DNA of 64,000 nt from an uncultured Actinomycetota bacterium (GCA_963794535.1 CAWCEI010000007.1:27182-91181), one strand, 5' to 3'; counted from the first letter of the stretch, positions 19,628 through 30,497 are shown. Notes: generated by a model not told the origin, from the sequence alone. Program-made: numbers and translations.

Positions 19628-20255
19628 GGGATGGTGACCTTCCTGCCAGTGACGGTCCAGCCCTCGCGGACCATCGCTCCGACCTGCTCGACCAGCTGGG
19701 CCCGCTCGGCGACCTTGATCCGCTCGGTCAGGCTCTCCTCGGTGTCGTCGTCCAGAACCGGCACGGCGACCTGCGCCACGATGGCACCCGGTGTCGACGC
19801 CCTCGTCGACCAGGAACAGCGTTGCGCCTGTGACCTTCACGCCATAGGCCAGCGCATCGCGCGGGCCGTGGATGCCGGGGAACGACGGCAGCAGCGCGTT
19901 GTGGGTGTTGAGGTAGCGACCGCCGTACGCCGCGAGGAAGGCCGGCCCGGCCAGGCGCAGGAACCCGGCCGACACGACCAGGTCCGGTGCGAACCCGGCG
20001 ACGCGCGCCGTCAGCGCCTCGTCCCACGCCGTCCGCGAGGGGTGGTCGGCGACGACGACCTCGAAGGTCGGCACGCCCTGCGCCACGTGCGCGCTCGACC
20101 CCGCCGGTGCCGGTGCGGTCAGCGCCCACGGCGACGACCTGGGCGCCGTACGCCGGGTCGGCGCAGGCGTCGAGCAGGGCCTGCAGGTTCGAGCCCCCGC
20201 CGGAGACCAGCACGACCAGCCGGCGAGCTGCCCCCGCGGTGCCCGGACCCGTCAC
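19624..20255 (-). pseudogene. purN: Phosphoribosylglycinamide formyltransferase, at least 2 frameshifts
   Basis: RLVVLVSGGGSNLQALLDA (frame of ORF 19728-20462), then GVPTFEVVVADHPSR..NTHNALLPSFPGIHGPRDALAYGVKVTGATLFLVDEGVDTG (frame of ORF 18548-20086). The C-terminus AIVAQVAVPVLDDDTEESLTERIK..GRKVTIP is in a third frame. Removing one C from the run at 19787-19789 joins the last two. Confidence 0.85.
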
Positions 20256-20274
20256 GTTCCGAGACCATAGCGGG

Positions 20275-20690
20275 GTGAGCCAGCCGTCCGAGCAGCGACC
20301 GGCCCCGCCGACGCTGAGCGCTTCGCGCCGCCACGGCGGGCGGTTCGCGCTCCTCGCCCTGGCCGCCCTGCTGGCCGTGCGGCTGCCCCTGCCGTGGCTG
20401 GCCGCGGCGGTGGTGCTCGTCGTGGCGGCCGACGTGGAGGGGATCCGCACCGCCCGGGCCATCGGGCGCGAGCAGCGCAGCCGCGGCCTGCTCGTCTGGT
20501 GCGTCGGCGGGGTGGTGCTGCTGAGCCTGCTCGGCCTGGGCGTGGCCGGCGACGCTGGCGTTGTACCCGATCACCTACGACCGCCAGGAGTGCCTGGCCG
20601 GCGCCAACACGGAGGTGGCCCAGGCGGCCTGTCAGAGCGAGTTCGACCGGCGGATCGGGCGGCTTCAGTCGAGGGTCTCGGGCGCTGACC
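20275..20690 (+). pseudogene. Hypothetical small membrane protein (frameshifted, 3' end uncertain)
   Basis: From GTG 20275: VSQPSEQRP..RFALLALAALLAVRLPLPWLAAAVVLVVAADVEG..LLVWCVGGVVLLSLLGLGVAG. It continues in ORF 20561-20992 as LYPITYDRQECLAGANTEVAQAACQSEFDRRIG. No in-frame stop follows, and candidate stops at 20684/20704 are in other frames. Confidence 0.35.
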
Positions 20691-21981
20691 GGGCATCCGG
20701 CGCGCTGACGCCGGCGCGGCCGGTGGGGACAGTCGGGCGGCCCGCCGCCGGCGGCGCCAGCCAGCACGGCGGCGGCCGGCATGGCGCCGACGGCGAGCTC
20801 CAGGGCGAGGAACGGCGCGACGAGCAGCGCGTTGGCGCCGACGTCGGCAGCCGGCCGGGACCGATCGGACCGGCGGACAGCGCGACGAGCAGCCCGAGCA
20901 GCAGCCCGGCGACGACCGCCCCGCCCAGCGCGTCGAGCAGCCGGCGCAACGGTCAGGCCGAGGTCGTCCGGCCGGCGCCCGGCGGACGCTGACCAGCCGA
21001 CCACGCACCCGGCGACGACCGGCACGGCGAGGGCCAGCCCGACCGTGCACGGGCGGGGACAGCGGGTGGTCGGCAGGGCGCCGAAGCACCGGGACGACGG
21101 GCAGCACGCCGAGGCTGCACGTGAGCGGCCGAGACCACGGTGCCCGAGCCGACGGCGAAGCCCGGCCCGGCGAACCAGGCCGTCGCCCACGCGGCGAGGT
21201 CGGGCAGGTAGCCGACCTGACCGACGACGAGCACCGCACCGCCGAACGCGCCCGGGCTGCAGGGCGCGGTGCAGGGCCAGCACCCGGTCGGCGTTGGTCG
21301 CGAGCGGCAACGGCGACGCGCGACCACCCCGAACACCAGCAGAACCGCCGCGCCGACCGCCGCGGGCGCAGGGCCCGGCGCAGCCGGCCGGGCAACCAGC
21401 CCGGCCAGCTCAGCCCGCAGGGCCGGACCGCGCGGGTGGCCCCGCAGTACGCCGGTCGCGCCGGCGAGGGCGGCGAGCAGGCCGGCCCGATCGGGGCCTG
21501 CCAGAGGACCGGGCGGGTCTGCGTCGTGCCGACCAGGAGGGCGACGAAGGTGGCCGCGGCGGCGTAGCCGAACGCCATGCCCGCAGACCGCCTGCACGAT
21601 CGGGCGGAGGTTGACGGCCGTCGACGAAAACCCTTGGGAGAGAAGCGGTTCGGCCCCGAGTCGTCGAGCCGAACGATAGGTGGCGAGAGCCGGCACCAGG
21701 GTCAGGCCGAGCGGCACCAGGCCGAGCTGCCCGCCCGGGTAGGCCACGGCGACGTGATGGACCAGCAGCCAGCCGGCGGCCGACACACGCAGCGCCTGGG
21801 TCCAGCTGGCCGTCACGTGCGCCGCGAGGGCCCAGGCCGCCAGCAGCGGCACGGTCACGATGGCGAACGAGATGCCGGCCGCCCGGAGCCCGGCGAGCGC
21901 ACCCGGGACGTAGGCCGACGTGCGCGGCTGCGACAGGGTCGGCGACGACCAGGACGGCCGGACGCGTTCGAGCAGGCTCAT
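20665..21981 (-). pseudogene. Polytopic membrane protein, DUF6350/PerM-like, several frameshifts
   Basis: N-terminus in ORF 20953-21981 (MSLLERVRPSWSS..AGISFAIVTVPLLAAWALAAHVTASWTQALRVSAAGWLLVHHVAVAYPGGQLGLVPLGLTLVPALATY). Further hydrophobic segments are spread over ORFs 20571-21578, 20252-21310 and 20665-20949. The family call rests on memory of PerM-type sequences and on the position upstream of purN. Confidence 0.55.
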
Positions 21982-22075
21982 GGTCAGGCCATCGTCGCTG
22001 GGCCGCGGCCGCTGTCAGGTGGATCTCGTGCGCGCTCGGGGTGTCGGCCGGTCAGCCGGTAGCGTTGGCCGCACC

Positions 22076-22705
22076 ATGCCGAACCGCCACTCCCTGGTAG
22101 GCCTGACCGTCGCGGGGCTGCTGGTGCTCACCGCCGGGTGCAGCTCCGGCAGCGATGCTGCGGGCGGCGACTCCAGCTCGACGGCCGTGAGCCCGCCGAC
22201 GGTCAGCACCAGCGCGCCGACCTCCGCGAGCCCCACCACCTCGGCCAGCCCCACGACGTCGCCGAGCGCGACCCCAACGCCGTACGCCACGACCAAGACG
22301 GCGCACACCGCGCCGTGGAAGGACAAGAACGCGGACTTCGGCTACGTCTCCAAGGCGAAGGTCGTCAGCGGCGGCGTGCAGTTCAGCTTCGACCGGGCGA
22401 CCTGGCTGTTCGCCAACCAGGTGGCGGCCTGGAACAAGGCCAACCCGACGCATCAGGTCGAGGCGGCCGACGACTACGCGATCGGCAACGTCTCCACCCG
22501 GGTGCGGACCTTCGTGCTGCGGACCGGCGCCAAGATCTTCGGCTCGATCATCCTCAGCGACCAGCCCGAGCCGCTGCGAATCACGGCCGCGCAGTTCGTC
22601 TCCCGGGTGAACTCCTCGGGCGAGCCGGTGACCTGCTGGATCTACCACCAGTACGGCGGCCTCACCGGTGACGTGGTGCAGCTCGAGGAGCAGTACCGGC
22701 CCTAG
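22076..22705 (+). CDS. Lipoprotein of unknown function
   Basis: From ATG 22076: [25 protein letters not shown] (lipobox LTAGC), an S/T/P-rich linker, then a globular C-terminal part. Confidence 0.7.
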   Translation: MPNRHSLVGLTVAGLLVLTAGCSSGSDAAGGDSSSTAVSPPTVSTSAPTSASPTTSASPTTSPSATPTPYATTKTAHTAPWKDKNADFGYVSKAKVVSGGVQFSFDRATWLFANQVAAWNKANPTHQVEAADDYAIGNVSTRVRTFVLRTGAKIFGSIILSDQPEPLRITAAQFVSRVNSSGEPVTCWIYHQYGGLTGDVVQLEEQYRP

Positions 22706-23603
22706 CCCGGCCGGGGTCGGCCAGCCGGCCTGCATGATCTCCCGCATGAGCTGCGCGGTCGCGCTCGGCGTCTTGCCGACCCGCACCCCGGCCGCCTCGA
22801 GCGCCTCGGCCTTGGCCGCGGCCGTGCCCGACGAGCCGGACACGATCGCCCCGGCGTGGCCCATCGTCTTGCCCTCGGGCGCGGTGAACCCGGCCACGTA
22901 GCCGACGACCGGCTTGGTCACGTGCTCGGAGATGTACGCCGCGGCCCGCTCCTCCGCGTCGCCACCGATCTCGCCGATCATCACGATGGCGTCGGTGTCC
23001 GGATCGGCCTGGAACGCCTCGAGCGCGTCGATGTGCGTCGTACCGATCACCGGGTCGCCGCCGATGCCGATCGCGGTCGAGAAGCCGAAGTCCCGCAGCT
23101 CGTACATCATCTGGTAGGTCAGCGTGCCGGACTTCGAGACCAGCCCGATCCGGCCCGGCCCGGTGATGTTGGCCGGGATGATGCCGGCGTTGGACTGGCC
23201 GGGGCTGATCAGCCCGGGACAGTTCGGGCCGATGATCCGGGTGCCCTTGCCCTGGGCGTAGGCCCAGAACCAGGTCGAGTCGTGCACCGGGATGCCCTCG
23301 GTGATGACGACGGCCAGCGGCATCGTGGCGTCGATCGCCTCGACGACAGCGTCCTTGGCGAACGGCGGCGGCACGAACAGGACCGAGACGTCGGCGCCCG
23401 TCTCGGCCATCGCCTCGACGACGGTGCCGAACACGGGCAGCGTCGTACCGTCGAAATCGACTGTGGTGCCGGCCTTTCGGGCGTTGACCCCGCCGACGAC
23501 GTTGGTGCCGGAGGCCAGCATGCGCGCCGTGTGCTTCGAGCCCTCGGAGCCGGTCATGCCCTGGACGATGACCCGGGAGCTCTTGGTCGAGGAAGATCGC
23601 CAT
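22702..23603 (-). pseudogene. sucD: Succinyl-CoA synthetase alpha subunit, frameshift near the 5' end, stop apparently lost
   Basis: MAIFLDQE (ORF 22662-23603) continues in ORF 22052-23557 as ..[49 protein letters not shown]... Removing one base from the run at 23572-23577 joins them. The ORF then runs on antisense through the lipoprotein gene, while the expected end is near 22700. Confidence 0.9.
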
Positions 23604-23604
23604 G

Positions 23605-24783
23605 TCAGGCCCCCGCGTTCGCTAGCCGTGCGGCCTGGTCGGCCCCGTCGTCCATCGTGTCCGCCAGTGTCACCAGCGGATGCGCTGCGTCGGCGAGGAT
23701 CCGCCGGCCCTCCTCGACGTTGTTGCCGTCGAGCCGTACGACGAGCGGCTTGGTCGCATGCTCGCCCAGGATCCCTAGTGCCGCAACGATTCCGTTGGCC
23801 ACGGCGTCGCAGGCCGTGATGCCGCCGAAGACGTTGACGAAGACCGACCGGACGTCCTCGTCGGACAGGATGATGTCGAGGCCGTTGGCCATGACCTCGG
23901 CCGAGGCCCCGCCGCCGATGTCCAGGAAGTTGGCCGGCCGCACCCCGCCGTGGCGCTCACCGGCGTAGGCGACGACGTCGAGGGTGGACATGACCAGCCC
24001 GGCGCCGTTGCCGATGATGCCGACCTGGCCGTCGAGCTTGACGTAGTTGAGGTCCTTCTCCTTGGCCCGGGCCTCGAGCGGGTCGCCGGCCTCGGCGTCG
24101 GCCAGCTCGGCGTTGCCCGGCTGCCGGAAGTTGGCGTTCTCGTCGAGGGTGACTTTGCCGTCGAGGGCGACCACCGAGGTCGAGCCGTTGGCCCCGACCT
24201 TGGCCAGCGGGTTGACCTCGACCAGCGTCGCGTCGGCGCCGACGAAGGCCCGCCACAGCTCGACCAGGACGTCCGCGACCTGGTCGGCGACCTCGGCCGG
24301 GAAGCTCGCCGCCGCGACGATCTCGCGGGCCTTGGCCGCGTCGACCCCGGTCAGCGCGTCGACCGGGACCTTGGCCAGTGCCTCCGGCCGCTCGACGGCC
24401 AGCTGCTCGATCTCCATGCCGCCCTCGTAGGACGCCATCGCGAGGAACGTGCGGCCGGCCCGGTCGAGCAGGTAGGAGACGTAGTACTCCTCCTGGATGT
24501 CCGCGCCCGGGTCGACCAGGACCCGGTGGACCGTGTGCCCCTTGATGTCCATGCCGAGGATCTCGCCGGCCAGCTGCCCGGCCTCGGCGGCGGTCTTGGC
24601 GACCTTGACGCCGCCGGCCTTGCCCCGGCCGCCGACCTTGACCTGGGCCTTGACGACGGTCACTCCGCCGATGGCCTCCGCGGCGGACTCGGCCTCGGCC
24701 GGGGTCGTCGCCACCTGGCCGAGCGAGACGGGGACGTCGTACCGCTCGAAGAGCTGCTTTGCCTGGTACTCGAAGAGATCCAC
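23605..24783 (-). CDS. sucC: Succinyl-CoA synthetase beta subunit
   Basis: Intact 392-aa ORF ([19 protein letters not shown]...). Its stop is 1 nt from the sucD ATG. Confidence 0.95.
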   Translation of the reverse strand: MDLFEYQAKQLFERYDVPVSLGQVATTPAEAESAAEAIGGVTVVKAQVKVGGRGKAGGVKVAKTAAEAGQLAGEILGMDIKGHTVHRVLVDPGADIQEEYYVSYLLDRAGRTFLAMASYEGGMEIEQLAVERPEALAKVPVDALTGVDAAKAREIVAAASFPAEVADQVADVLVELWRAFVGADATLVEVNPLAKVGANGSTSVVALDGKVTLDENANFRQPGNAELADAEAGDPLEARAKEKDLNYVKLDGQVGIIGNGAGLVMSTLDVVAYAGERHGGVRPANFLDIGGGASAEVMANGLDIILSDEDVRSVFVNVFGGITACDAVANGIVAALGILGEHATKPLVVRLDGNNVEEGRRILADAAHPLVTLADTMDDGADQAARLANAGA

Positions 24784-24822
24784 TGACCATCCGTCCTGCG
24801 GGGCGATCGGGCGTTGGCGAGC

Positions 24823-25407
24823 CTATCCGCCGGAGCCCGGCCCGGCCCTGTGGCCCTGGTCACCCCTCCCGCGCTGGTCTTTGGCCGTCGACTCCGGAGT
24901 TTCGGGCGGACATATCGGGCATCGACTCCGGAGTCGACGGCCAAACCCGGAGTCGACGGCCAAGCACAGTCGGGTGCGGACGTTGGCGCGGACCCAGTCG
25001 ACGATCTCCTGGGTCGGGGCGCCGGGGGTGAAGACCCGGGCCACGCCCATCGCCTCGAGCTCGGGCAGGTCGGCCTCGGGGATGATCCCGCCGCCGAACA
25101 CCACGATGTCGGCCGCGTCGCGGGCCTTGAGCAGGTCGATGACCTTGGCGAACAGGGTCATGTGCGCCCCGGAGAGGACCGACAGGCCGACCGCGTCGGC
25201 GTCCTCCTGGATCGCCGCCTCGACGATCTGCTCCGGGGTCTGGTGCAGCCCGGTGTAGATCACCTCCATGCCGGCGTCGCGCAGCGCCCGGGCGACGATC
25301 TTGGCGCCCCGGTCGTGTCCGTCAAGTCCGGGTTTGGCCACCACGACGCGCAGCCGGGCCGAGCCGGTCGCGCCGGTTGCCGAGGGGGCCGGAGTGGGGG
25401 TGGACAT
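24823..25407 (-). CDS. Stand-alone cobalamin (B12)-binding domain protein (methylmalonyl-CoA-mutase C-terminal-domain type), 3' end doubtful
   Basis: From ATG 25407: ..[96 protein letters not shown]. The conserved domain ends near 24979, and the remaining ~51 codons read through a repeat array. Confidence 0.75.
   Translation of the reverse strand: MSTPTPAPSATGATGSARLRVVVAKPGLDGHDRGAKIVARALRDAGMEVIYTGLHQTPEQIVEAAIQEDADAVGLSVLSGAHMTLFAKVIDLLKARDAADIVVFGGGIIPEADLPELEAMGVARVFTPGAPTQEIVDWVRANVRTRLCLAVDSGFGRRLRSRCPICPPETPESTAKDQRGRGDQGHRAGPGSGG
24881..24963. repeat. 17-mer repeat / palindrome array between the B12-binding gene and sucC
   Basis: TTGGCCGTCGACTCCGG occurs at 24881-24897. Its reverse complement CCGGAGTCGACGGCCAA occurs at 24928-24944 and 24947-24963. 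A perfect 16-bp palindrome, TCGACTCCGGAGTCGA, lies at 24922-24937. Confidence 0.75.
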
Positions 25408-25499
25408 GCCCCGCAGAGTACGCCGGATGGCTCGGCCATTCGGCGCGGATCTGGCGCGTCCGACATGCACGACCGCCCGCGCGCGGCTAGTTTCGCGAG

Positions 25500-26363
25500 A
25501 TGTCACCGGCCCGGCGCAGCCTGCCCGCCCGGGCCTTGCTGTCGCCGAGTGGCCTGCGGGGAGCAGCTCGGGAGGCGGCCTGGGTGGGGGCGCACCTGAC
25601 GATGTACCCGCTCGGGCTGGTCAGCGGCCGCCGCGGCAACCGCGACCCGGGCTACGCCGTCAGCGCCCTTCCGCCGGTGCAGCGCGGGCTGGTGGTCGGC
25701 GACGTCGAGGCCGCCGGCACCCCGATCCTGCTGTTGCACGGCATGGTCGACAACGGCTCGATCTTCACCGTCCTGCGCCGCGGGCTGACCCGCCGGGGCT
25801 TCGGCCAGGTCGTGCCGGTCAACTACTCCCCGCTCACGATGGACGTGCGCGTCGCGGCCCGGCGCCTGGCCGAGACCGTCGAGGACCTGGTCGCGACGAC
25901 CGGCTACCGGCGGGTGCACATGGTCGGCCACAGCCTGGGCGGCCTGGTGGCCCGCTACTACGTCCAGCGGCTGGGCGGCGACGCCCGGGTGCACACGCTG
26001 GTCACCCTCGGCACGCCGCACAGCGGCACGGTCCCGGCGTACTTCCTGCCCTTGCGCCTGGGCAAACAGCTCCGGCCGGGCAGCGACCTGATGACCGAGC
26101 TGGCCGGCCCGGCGCCGGGCTGTCGCACCCGGTTCCTCGCCTACTGGTCCGACCTGGACCAGATGATGATCCCCAAGACCGCAGCCCAGCTGCATCATCC
26201 GGACCTGGTCGCCCGCAACATCCGGGTCCGCGGCGTCGGCCACCTCTCGTTCGCGATCGACCGCCGGGTCGTGCACGAGATCGGGGTCGAGCTGGCCCAG
26301 CTGGACGCCGAGGGGCGCACCCTCGACCCGGGCGTGGCCGTGCTCGGCGACCGCAGCGGGTAG
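25500..26363 (+). CDS. Alpha/beta-hydrolase (esterase/lipase-like)
   Basis: Intact 287-aa ORF with the nucleophile elbow [16 protein letters not shown], and [13 protein letters not shown] upstream. Confidence 0.75.
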   Translation: MSPARRSLPARALLSPSGLRGAAREAAWVGAHLTMYPLGLVSGRRGNRDPGYAVSALPPVQRGLVVGDVEAAGTPILLLHGMVDNGSIFTVLRRGLTRRGFGQVVPVNYSPLTMDVRVAARRLAETVEDLVATTGYRRVHMVGHSLGGLVARYYVQRLGGDARVHTLVTLGTPHSGTVPAYFLPLRLGKQLRPGSDLMTELAGPAPGCRTRFLAYWSDLDQMMIPKTAAQLHHPDLVARNIRVRGVGHLSFAIDRRVVHEIGVELAQLDAEGRTLDPGVAVLGDRSG

Positions 26364-26506
26364 CCACCCGGCGACAACCGGTTATCCACAGGTTTAGCCC
26401 CAGGCGCCCGTGCTCGTCTCGACCCGGAGCGGACATCTCGGTTAGGGTCGTCGGGCGGCGTCACCCTCCCTGGGCGCTGCTACCCGTTTTGTCCGGAGGA
26501 CTCCCT

Positions 26507-27271
26507 GTGCCTGAGGCAACGCCGTACGTCGGGCGACGCCGCTCCACTCCGGCCAAGCCCGAGAAGCCGGCGAAGCCCGCGCGCTCGGTGAGCCTGGCCG
26601 GGGCAACGGTGCCGGCGACGGCTGCCGCCGCGCTCAGCCTGGTCGCCACCGGAGTCGGGGTCGCCGCGGGCGTCGACGGTGCCGCTGTCGCACAGAGCCA
26701 GACCAACGAGCCGGATGCCGCCGCCGCGCTGGCGCTGGCCACGGTCCGCGACGTCGCCGCCGCCCCGCAGGACGTGGCCCTGACCATCGCCCAGCGGCAC
26801 GAGGCCGCCCTGCGCGAGGCCAGCCGCGGCGCCGCCCGGGCCCAGCTGGCCGAGGCCGCCCTGCTCCGGGCCCAGGTCGCCCACCGCTGGGTGCTGCCGG
26901 TCGTGAAGTACGTCAAGACCTCCGGCTTCGGCATTCGCTGGGGCAAGCTGCACGCCGGCGAGGACTTCGCCGCCCCGGTGGGCACCCCGGTCCACGCGAT
27001 CTCCAGCGGGGTCATCGTCTTCGCCGGGGTCGAGAGCGGCTACGGCAACAAGATCGAGATCCGGCACTGGGACGGCACCTGCAGCTGGTACGGCCACCTG
27101 TCCAAGATCGACGTCAAGGTCGGCCAGAAGGTGACCCCGGGTGAGCTGATCGGCCTGGTCGGATCGACCGGCCACTCGACCGGTCCGCACCTGCACCTCG
27201 AGATCCACCCGCACGGCGACGGCCCGGTCGACCCGCTGCCGTGGCTGCGGGCGCACGGCCTCAAGCCGTAG
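26507..27271 (+). CDS. Secreted M23 family metallopeptidase
   Basis: GTG 26507 is preceded by GGAGGA. N-terminal signal/anchor (VSLAGATVPATAAAALSLVATGVGVAAG). M23 motifs: HAGEDFAAPVGTPV and GSTGHSTGPHLHLEI. The upstream part of ORF 25268-27271 is off-frame read-through. Confidence 0.85.
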   Translation: MPEATPYVGRRRSTPAKPEKPAKPARSVSLAGATVPATAAAALSLVATGVGVAAGVDGAAVAQSQTNEPDAAAALALATVRDVAAAPQDVALTIAQRHEAALREASRGAARAQLAEAALLRAQVAHRWVLPVVKYVKTSGFGIRWGKLHAGEDFAAPVGTPVHAISSGVIVFAGVESGYGNKIEIRHWDGTCSWYGHLSKIDVKVGQKVTPGELIGLVGSTGHSTGPHLHLEIHPHGDGPVDPLPWLRAHGLKP

Positions 27272-27295
27272 TCACTCCCGCACCCACCCGACCGG

Positions 27296-29688
27296 TCAGA
27301 GCTTCTCGACCGGGGCGTAGCGCAGCAGCAGCCGCTTGACGCCCTGGTCGCCGAAGTCGACGTGGGCCATCGCACTGTCGCCCGCGCCCTCGACCCGGAC
27401 CACCGACCCGAGCCCGAAGCTGTCGTGGGTGACCCGGTCGCCCGGCTCGAGGTGGATGATCGGCCGGTTGCCCGGGTGACCGGACGCCCGGGCGCTGCGC
27501 CAGCCGCGCGATGGCCGGGGCGTTGCTGCCGGTGGGCCGCATCGCGCTGGTCTCGCTGCGCCGCCACTCGACCAGGTGGTCCGGGACCTCGTCCAGGAAC
27601 CGGGACGGCGGGTTGTACGACGGAGCACCCCAGGCCGACCGCACTCCGGCCCGGCTGAGGTAGAGCCGCTCGCGGGCCCGGGTCACGCCGACGTAGGCCA
27701 GCCGGCGCTCCTCCTCGAGCTCGGCGTTGTCGGTCATGGCCCGCATGTGCGGGAAGACGCCGTCCTCCATGCCGGTGAGGAAGACGACGGGGAACTCGAG
27801 GCCCTTGGCGGTGTGCAGGGTCATCAGCGCGACGACGCCCTGGTCTTCCTTCGGCGCCTGCTCGTCGGCGCCGTCGGCGACCGCCTCGTCGGGCACCTGG
27901 TCGGCGTCGGCGACGAGCGAGACGCCCTCGAGGAAGTCGGTCAGGCTGCCCTCGGGCGACAGCTCCTCGAACTCGCGGGCCACGGCGACGAGCTCGGCCA
28001 GGTTCTCCACCCGGGTCTCGTCCTGCGGGTCGTGGCTCGCCATCAGCTCGGCCAGGTATCCGGTCTGCTCCAGGATCGCCTCGAGCGTCGTCGCCGGTCC
28101 GCCGCCTCCCTCGACGACGGTGGCGAGCGCCTCGAGCAGCTGGGTGAACTGGGTGATGCAGGTGAGGCTGCGGGTGGCCAGGCCGGGCGCCTCGTCGGCC
28201 CGGGCCAGGGCCTCGACGAAGCCGATCCGCTCCCGCTCGGCGAGCAGCGGTCAGGGCCGCCTCGGCCCGCTCGCCGATGCCGCGCTTGGGGACGTTGAGG
28301 ATCCGCCGCAGGTTGACCGTGTCGGCCGGGTTGGCCAGCACCCGCAGGTAGGCCAGCGCGTCCTTGATCTCGCGCCGCTCGTAGAAGCGGGTGCCGCCGA
28401 TCAGCTTGTAGGGCAAGCCGACTCGGACGAACACCTCCTCCAGGACCCGGGACTGGGCGTTGGTGCGGTAGAACACGGCGACGTCGCCCGGGCGGACACC
28501 TTCGTGATCGGTGAGCCGGTCGATCTCGGTGGCCACGAAGCTGGCCTCGTCGTGCTCGTTGTCCGCGACGTAGCCGACGATCGGCGCGCCGTCGCCGCTG
28601 GCGGTCCAGAGGTTCTTGGGCTTGCGGCCGGGGTTCTTGGCGATGATCGCGTTGGCCGCGCCCAGGATGGTCTGGGTCGAGCGGTAGTTCTGCTCCAGCA
28701 GGATGGTCCGCGCGCTCGGGTAGTCGTCCTCGAACTCGGCGATGTTGCGGATCGTGGCGCCGCGGAAGGCGTAGATCGACTGGTCGGCGTCGCCGACGAC
28801 GACCAGCTCGGCGGGGGGCACCTCCGGCGTACCGGCTCCGACCAGCTCTCGCACCAGGACGTACTGCGCGTGGTTGGTGTCCTGGTACTCGTCGACCATC
28901 ACGTGGCGGAACCGCCGGCGGTAGTGCTCGGCCACGTCGGGGAAAGCTTGCAGGATGTTAACCGTTGTCATGATCAGGTCGTCGAAGTCCAGCGCGTTGG
29001 CCTGGCGCAGCCGCTGCTGGTACATCCGGTAGGCCTCGCCCAGCATCCGCTCGCTGTGGGTGGACTCCTCGGTGATCCGGCCGCCGTACGACTCCTCGTC
29101 GACCAGGTCGTTCTTGAGGTTGGACACCTGCGCGGAGAAGCTGCGCGGCGGGTAGCGCTTGGGGTCGAGGTCGAGCTCGCGCATGACCAGCGACATCATC
29201 CGCTGGGAGTCGGCGGCGTCGTAGATCGAGAACGACGACTTGAGCCCGACCGCGCCGGCCTCGCGGCGCAGGATCCGCACGCAGGCCGAGTGGAAGGTCG
29301 AGACCCACATCCGGTTGGCCCGCGGGCCGACCAGGCCGACGACGCGCTCGCGCATCTCGCCCGCGGCCTTGTTGGTGAAGGTGATGGCGAGGACCTCGCC
29401 GGGCCGCACGCCCCGGGCCGCCAGCAGGTAGGCGATGCGGTGGGTCAGCACCCTCGTCTTGCCCGAGCCGGCGCCGGCGATGATCAGCAGCGGGCTGCCC
29501 TCGTGGACGACCGCCTCGCGCTGCTGGGGGTTGAGCCCCTCGAGCAGCGCGGCCGGGTCGCGGTCGGCCGGCGGCGGGGGCGGCGGGTCGGCCTCGCGGG
29601 CGCTGCGGATCTCGGTCGAGCTCAGGAAATCAGGCCCGGGCAGGTTGAGGTTGGGCAGGTCCGGGAGGTCATCGAAGAGGGTGCTCAT
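27296..29688 (-). pseudogene. pcrA: ATP-dependent DNA helicase PcrA/UvrD, at least 2 frameshifts
   Basis: ORF 27040-29688 carries GLNPQQREAV, AGAGSGKTRVLTHRIAYLL, VMVDEYQDTNHAQY and LEQNYRST. ORF 27261-28043 carries TLHTAKGLEFPVVFL and EEERRLAYVGVTRARERLY. ORF 27296-27628 carries GDRVTHDSFGLGSVV..VDFGDQGVKRLLLRYAPVEKL. The frame changes lie near 28255 and 27480-27500. Confidence 0.9.
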
Positions 29689-29748
29689 CTCCCGGCCAGC
29701 CTACGTGCCGGGTACGACGTCGGGGCGCCTCATCACTACGCTGCCCGC

Positions 29749-30479
29749 GTGGCGACCACGATTCCGGATGCTGAGATCGAGCGGGCCCTCGTGGTCGTCG
29801 CGCACCCCGACGACGTCGACTTCGGGGCGGGCGGGACGGTGGCGACCTGGGTCGATGCCGGGATCGCCGTGACCTACCTGATCTGCACGCGCGGGCGACG
29901 CCGGCGGCTTCGACGACACGCCGCGGGCCGAGATGCCGGTGCTGCGCGAGCGGGAGCAGCGGGCGGCCGCCGCGGTGACCGGCGTGAGCGACGTACGGTT
30001 CCTGGAGGGGTACGCCGACGGGACGCTCGACGGTGTCCCAGTCGCTGATCCGGGACATCTCGCGGGTCATCCGCCAGGTCCGGCCGCGGCGGGTCCTGAC
30101 CGCGAGCCCGGAGCGCTGGTGGGAGCGGCTGCCGGCCTCGCACCCGGACCACTGGCCGCCGGCGAGGCGACGGTGCAGGCGATCTACCCGGCGGCGCGCA
30201 ACCCGTTCGCGTTCCCCGAGCTGCTGGCGGACGAGGGTCTGGACGCCTGGACCGTGCCCGAGATCTGGCTGATGGCCGATGCGCACGTCCGACCACCCGG
30301 TGGACATCACCGACACGTTCCCGCGCAAGGTGGCGGCGCTGCGCGAACACGCCAGCCAGACCTCGCACAACCCCGACCTGGAGGGCATGCTGCGCACCTG
30401 GTCCGGCGGGGTGGCGGCCCGGCTCGGCCTGCCCGACGGCCGCCTCGCCGAGGCCTTCCGGGTCATCTCCCTCCCCTGA
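29749..30479 (+). pseudogene. PIG-L (LmbE) family deacetylase, at least 4 frameshifts
   Basis: From GTG 29749: ALVVVAHPDDVDFGAGGTVATWVDAGIAVTYLICTRG. Continues as MPVLREREQRAAAAVTGVSDVRFLEGYADGTLD (ORF 29933-30487), SLIRDISRVIRQVRPRRVLTASPE..HPDH (ORF 30033-30272), AAGEATVQAIYPAARNPFAFPELL and HPVDITDTFPRKVAALREHASQ (ORF 30279-30479). Confidence 0.75.
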
Positions 30480-30497
30480 CGGCCTGACGGAGGGCGG

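Noticed and set aside
24881-24963. Interpretation of the 17-mer array, and of the 60039-60147 palindrome, as remnants of an insertion sequence or a MITE with terminal inverted repeats.
   Set aside because: There is no transposase ORF, no recognisable target-site duplication, and the two elements share no sequence. A REP-like nature stays possible but unsupported without a genome-wide census.
26382-26390. Perfect E. coli-type DnaA box TTATCCACA, embedded in AACCGGTTATCCACAGG.
   Set aside because: It is a single isolated copy, with no cluster of boxes, no AT-rich unwinding element and no dnaA/dnaN nearby. It is most likely chance.
26364-26506. Possible cyclic-di-AMP (ydaO-type) riboswitch in the 143-nt leader of the M23 peptidase gene, as known for some actinobacterial cell-wall hydrolase genes.
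   Set aside because: I could not find the conserved blocks I remember (for example GGGGTGAATC or CCGTCAGCTAACCTCGTAAGCG-like segments). A covariance-model scan (Rfam RF00379) would settle it.
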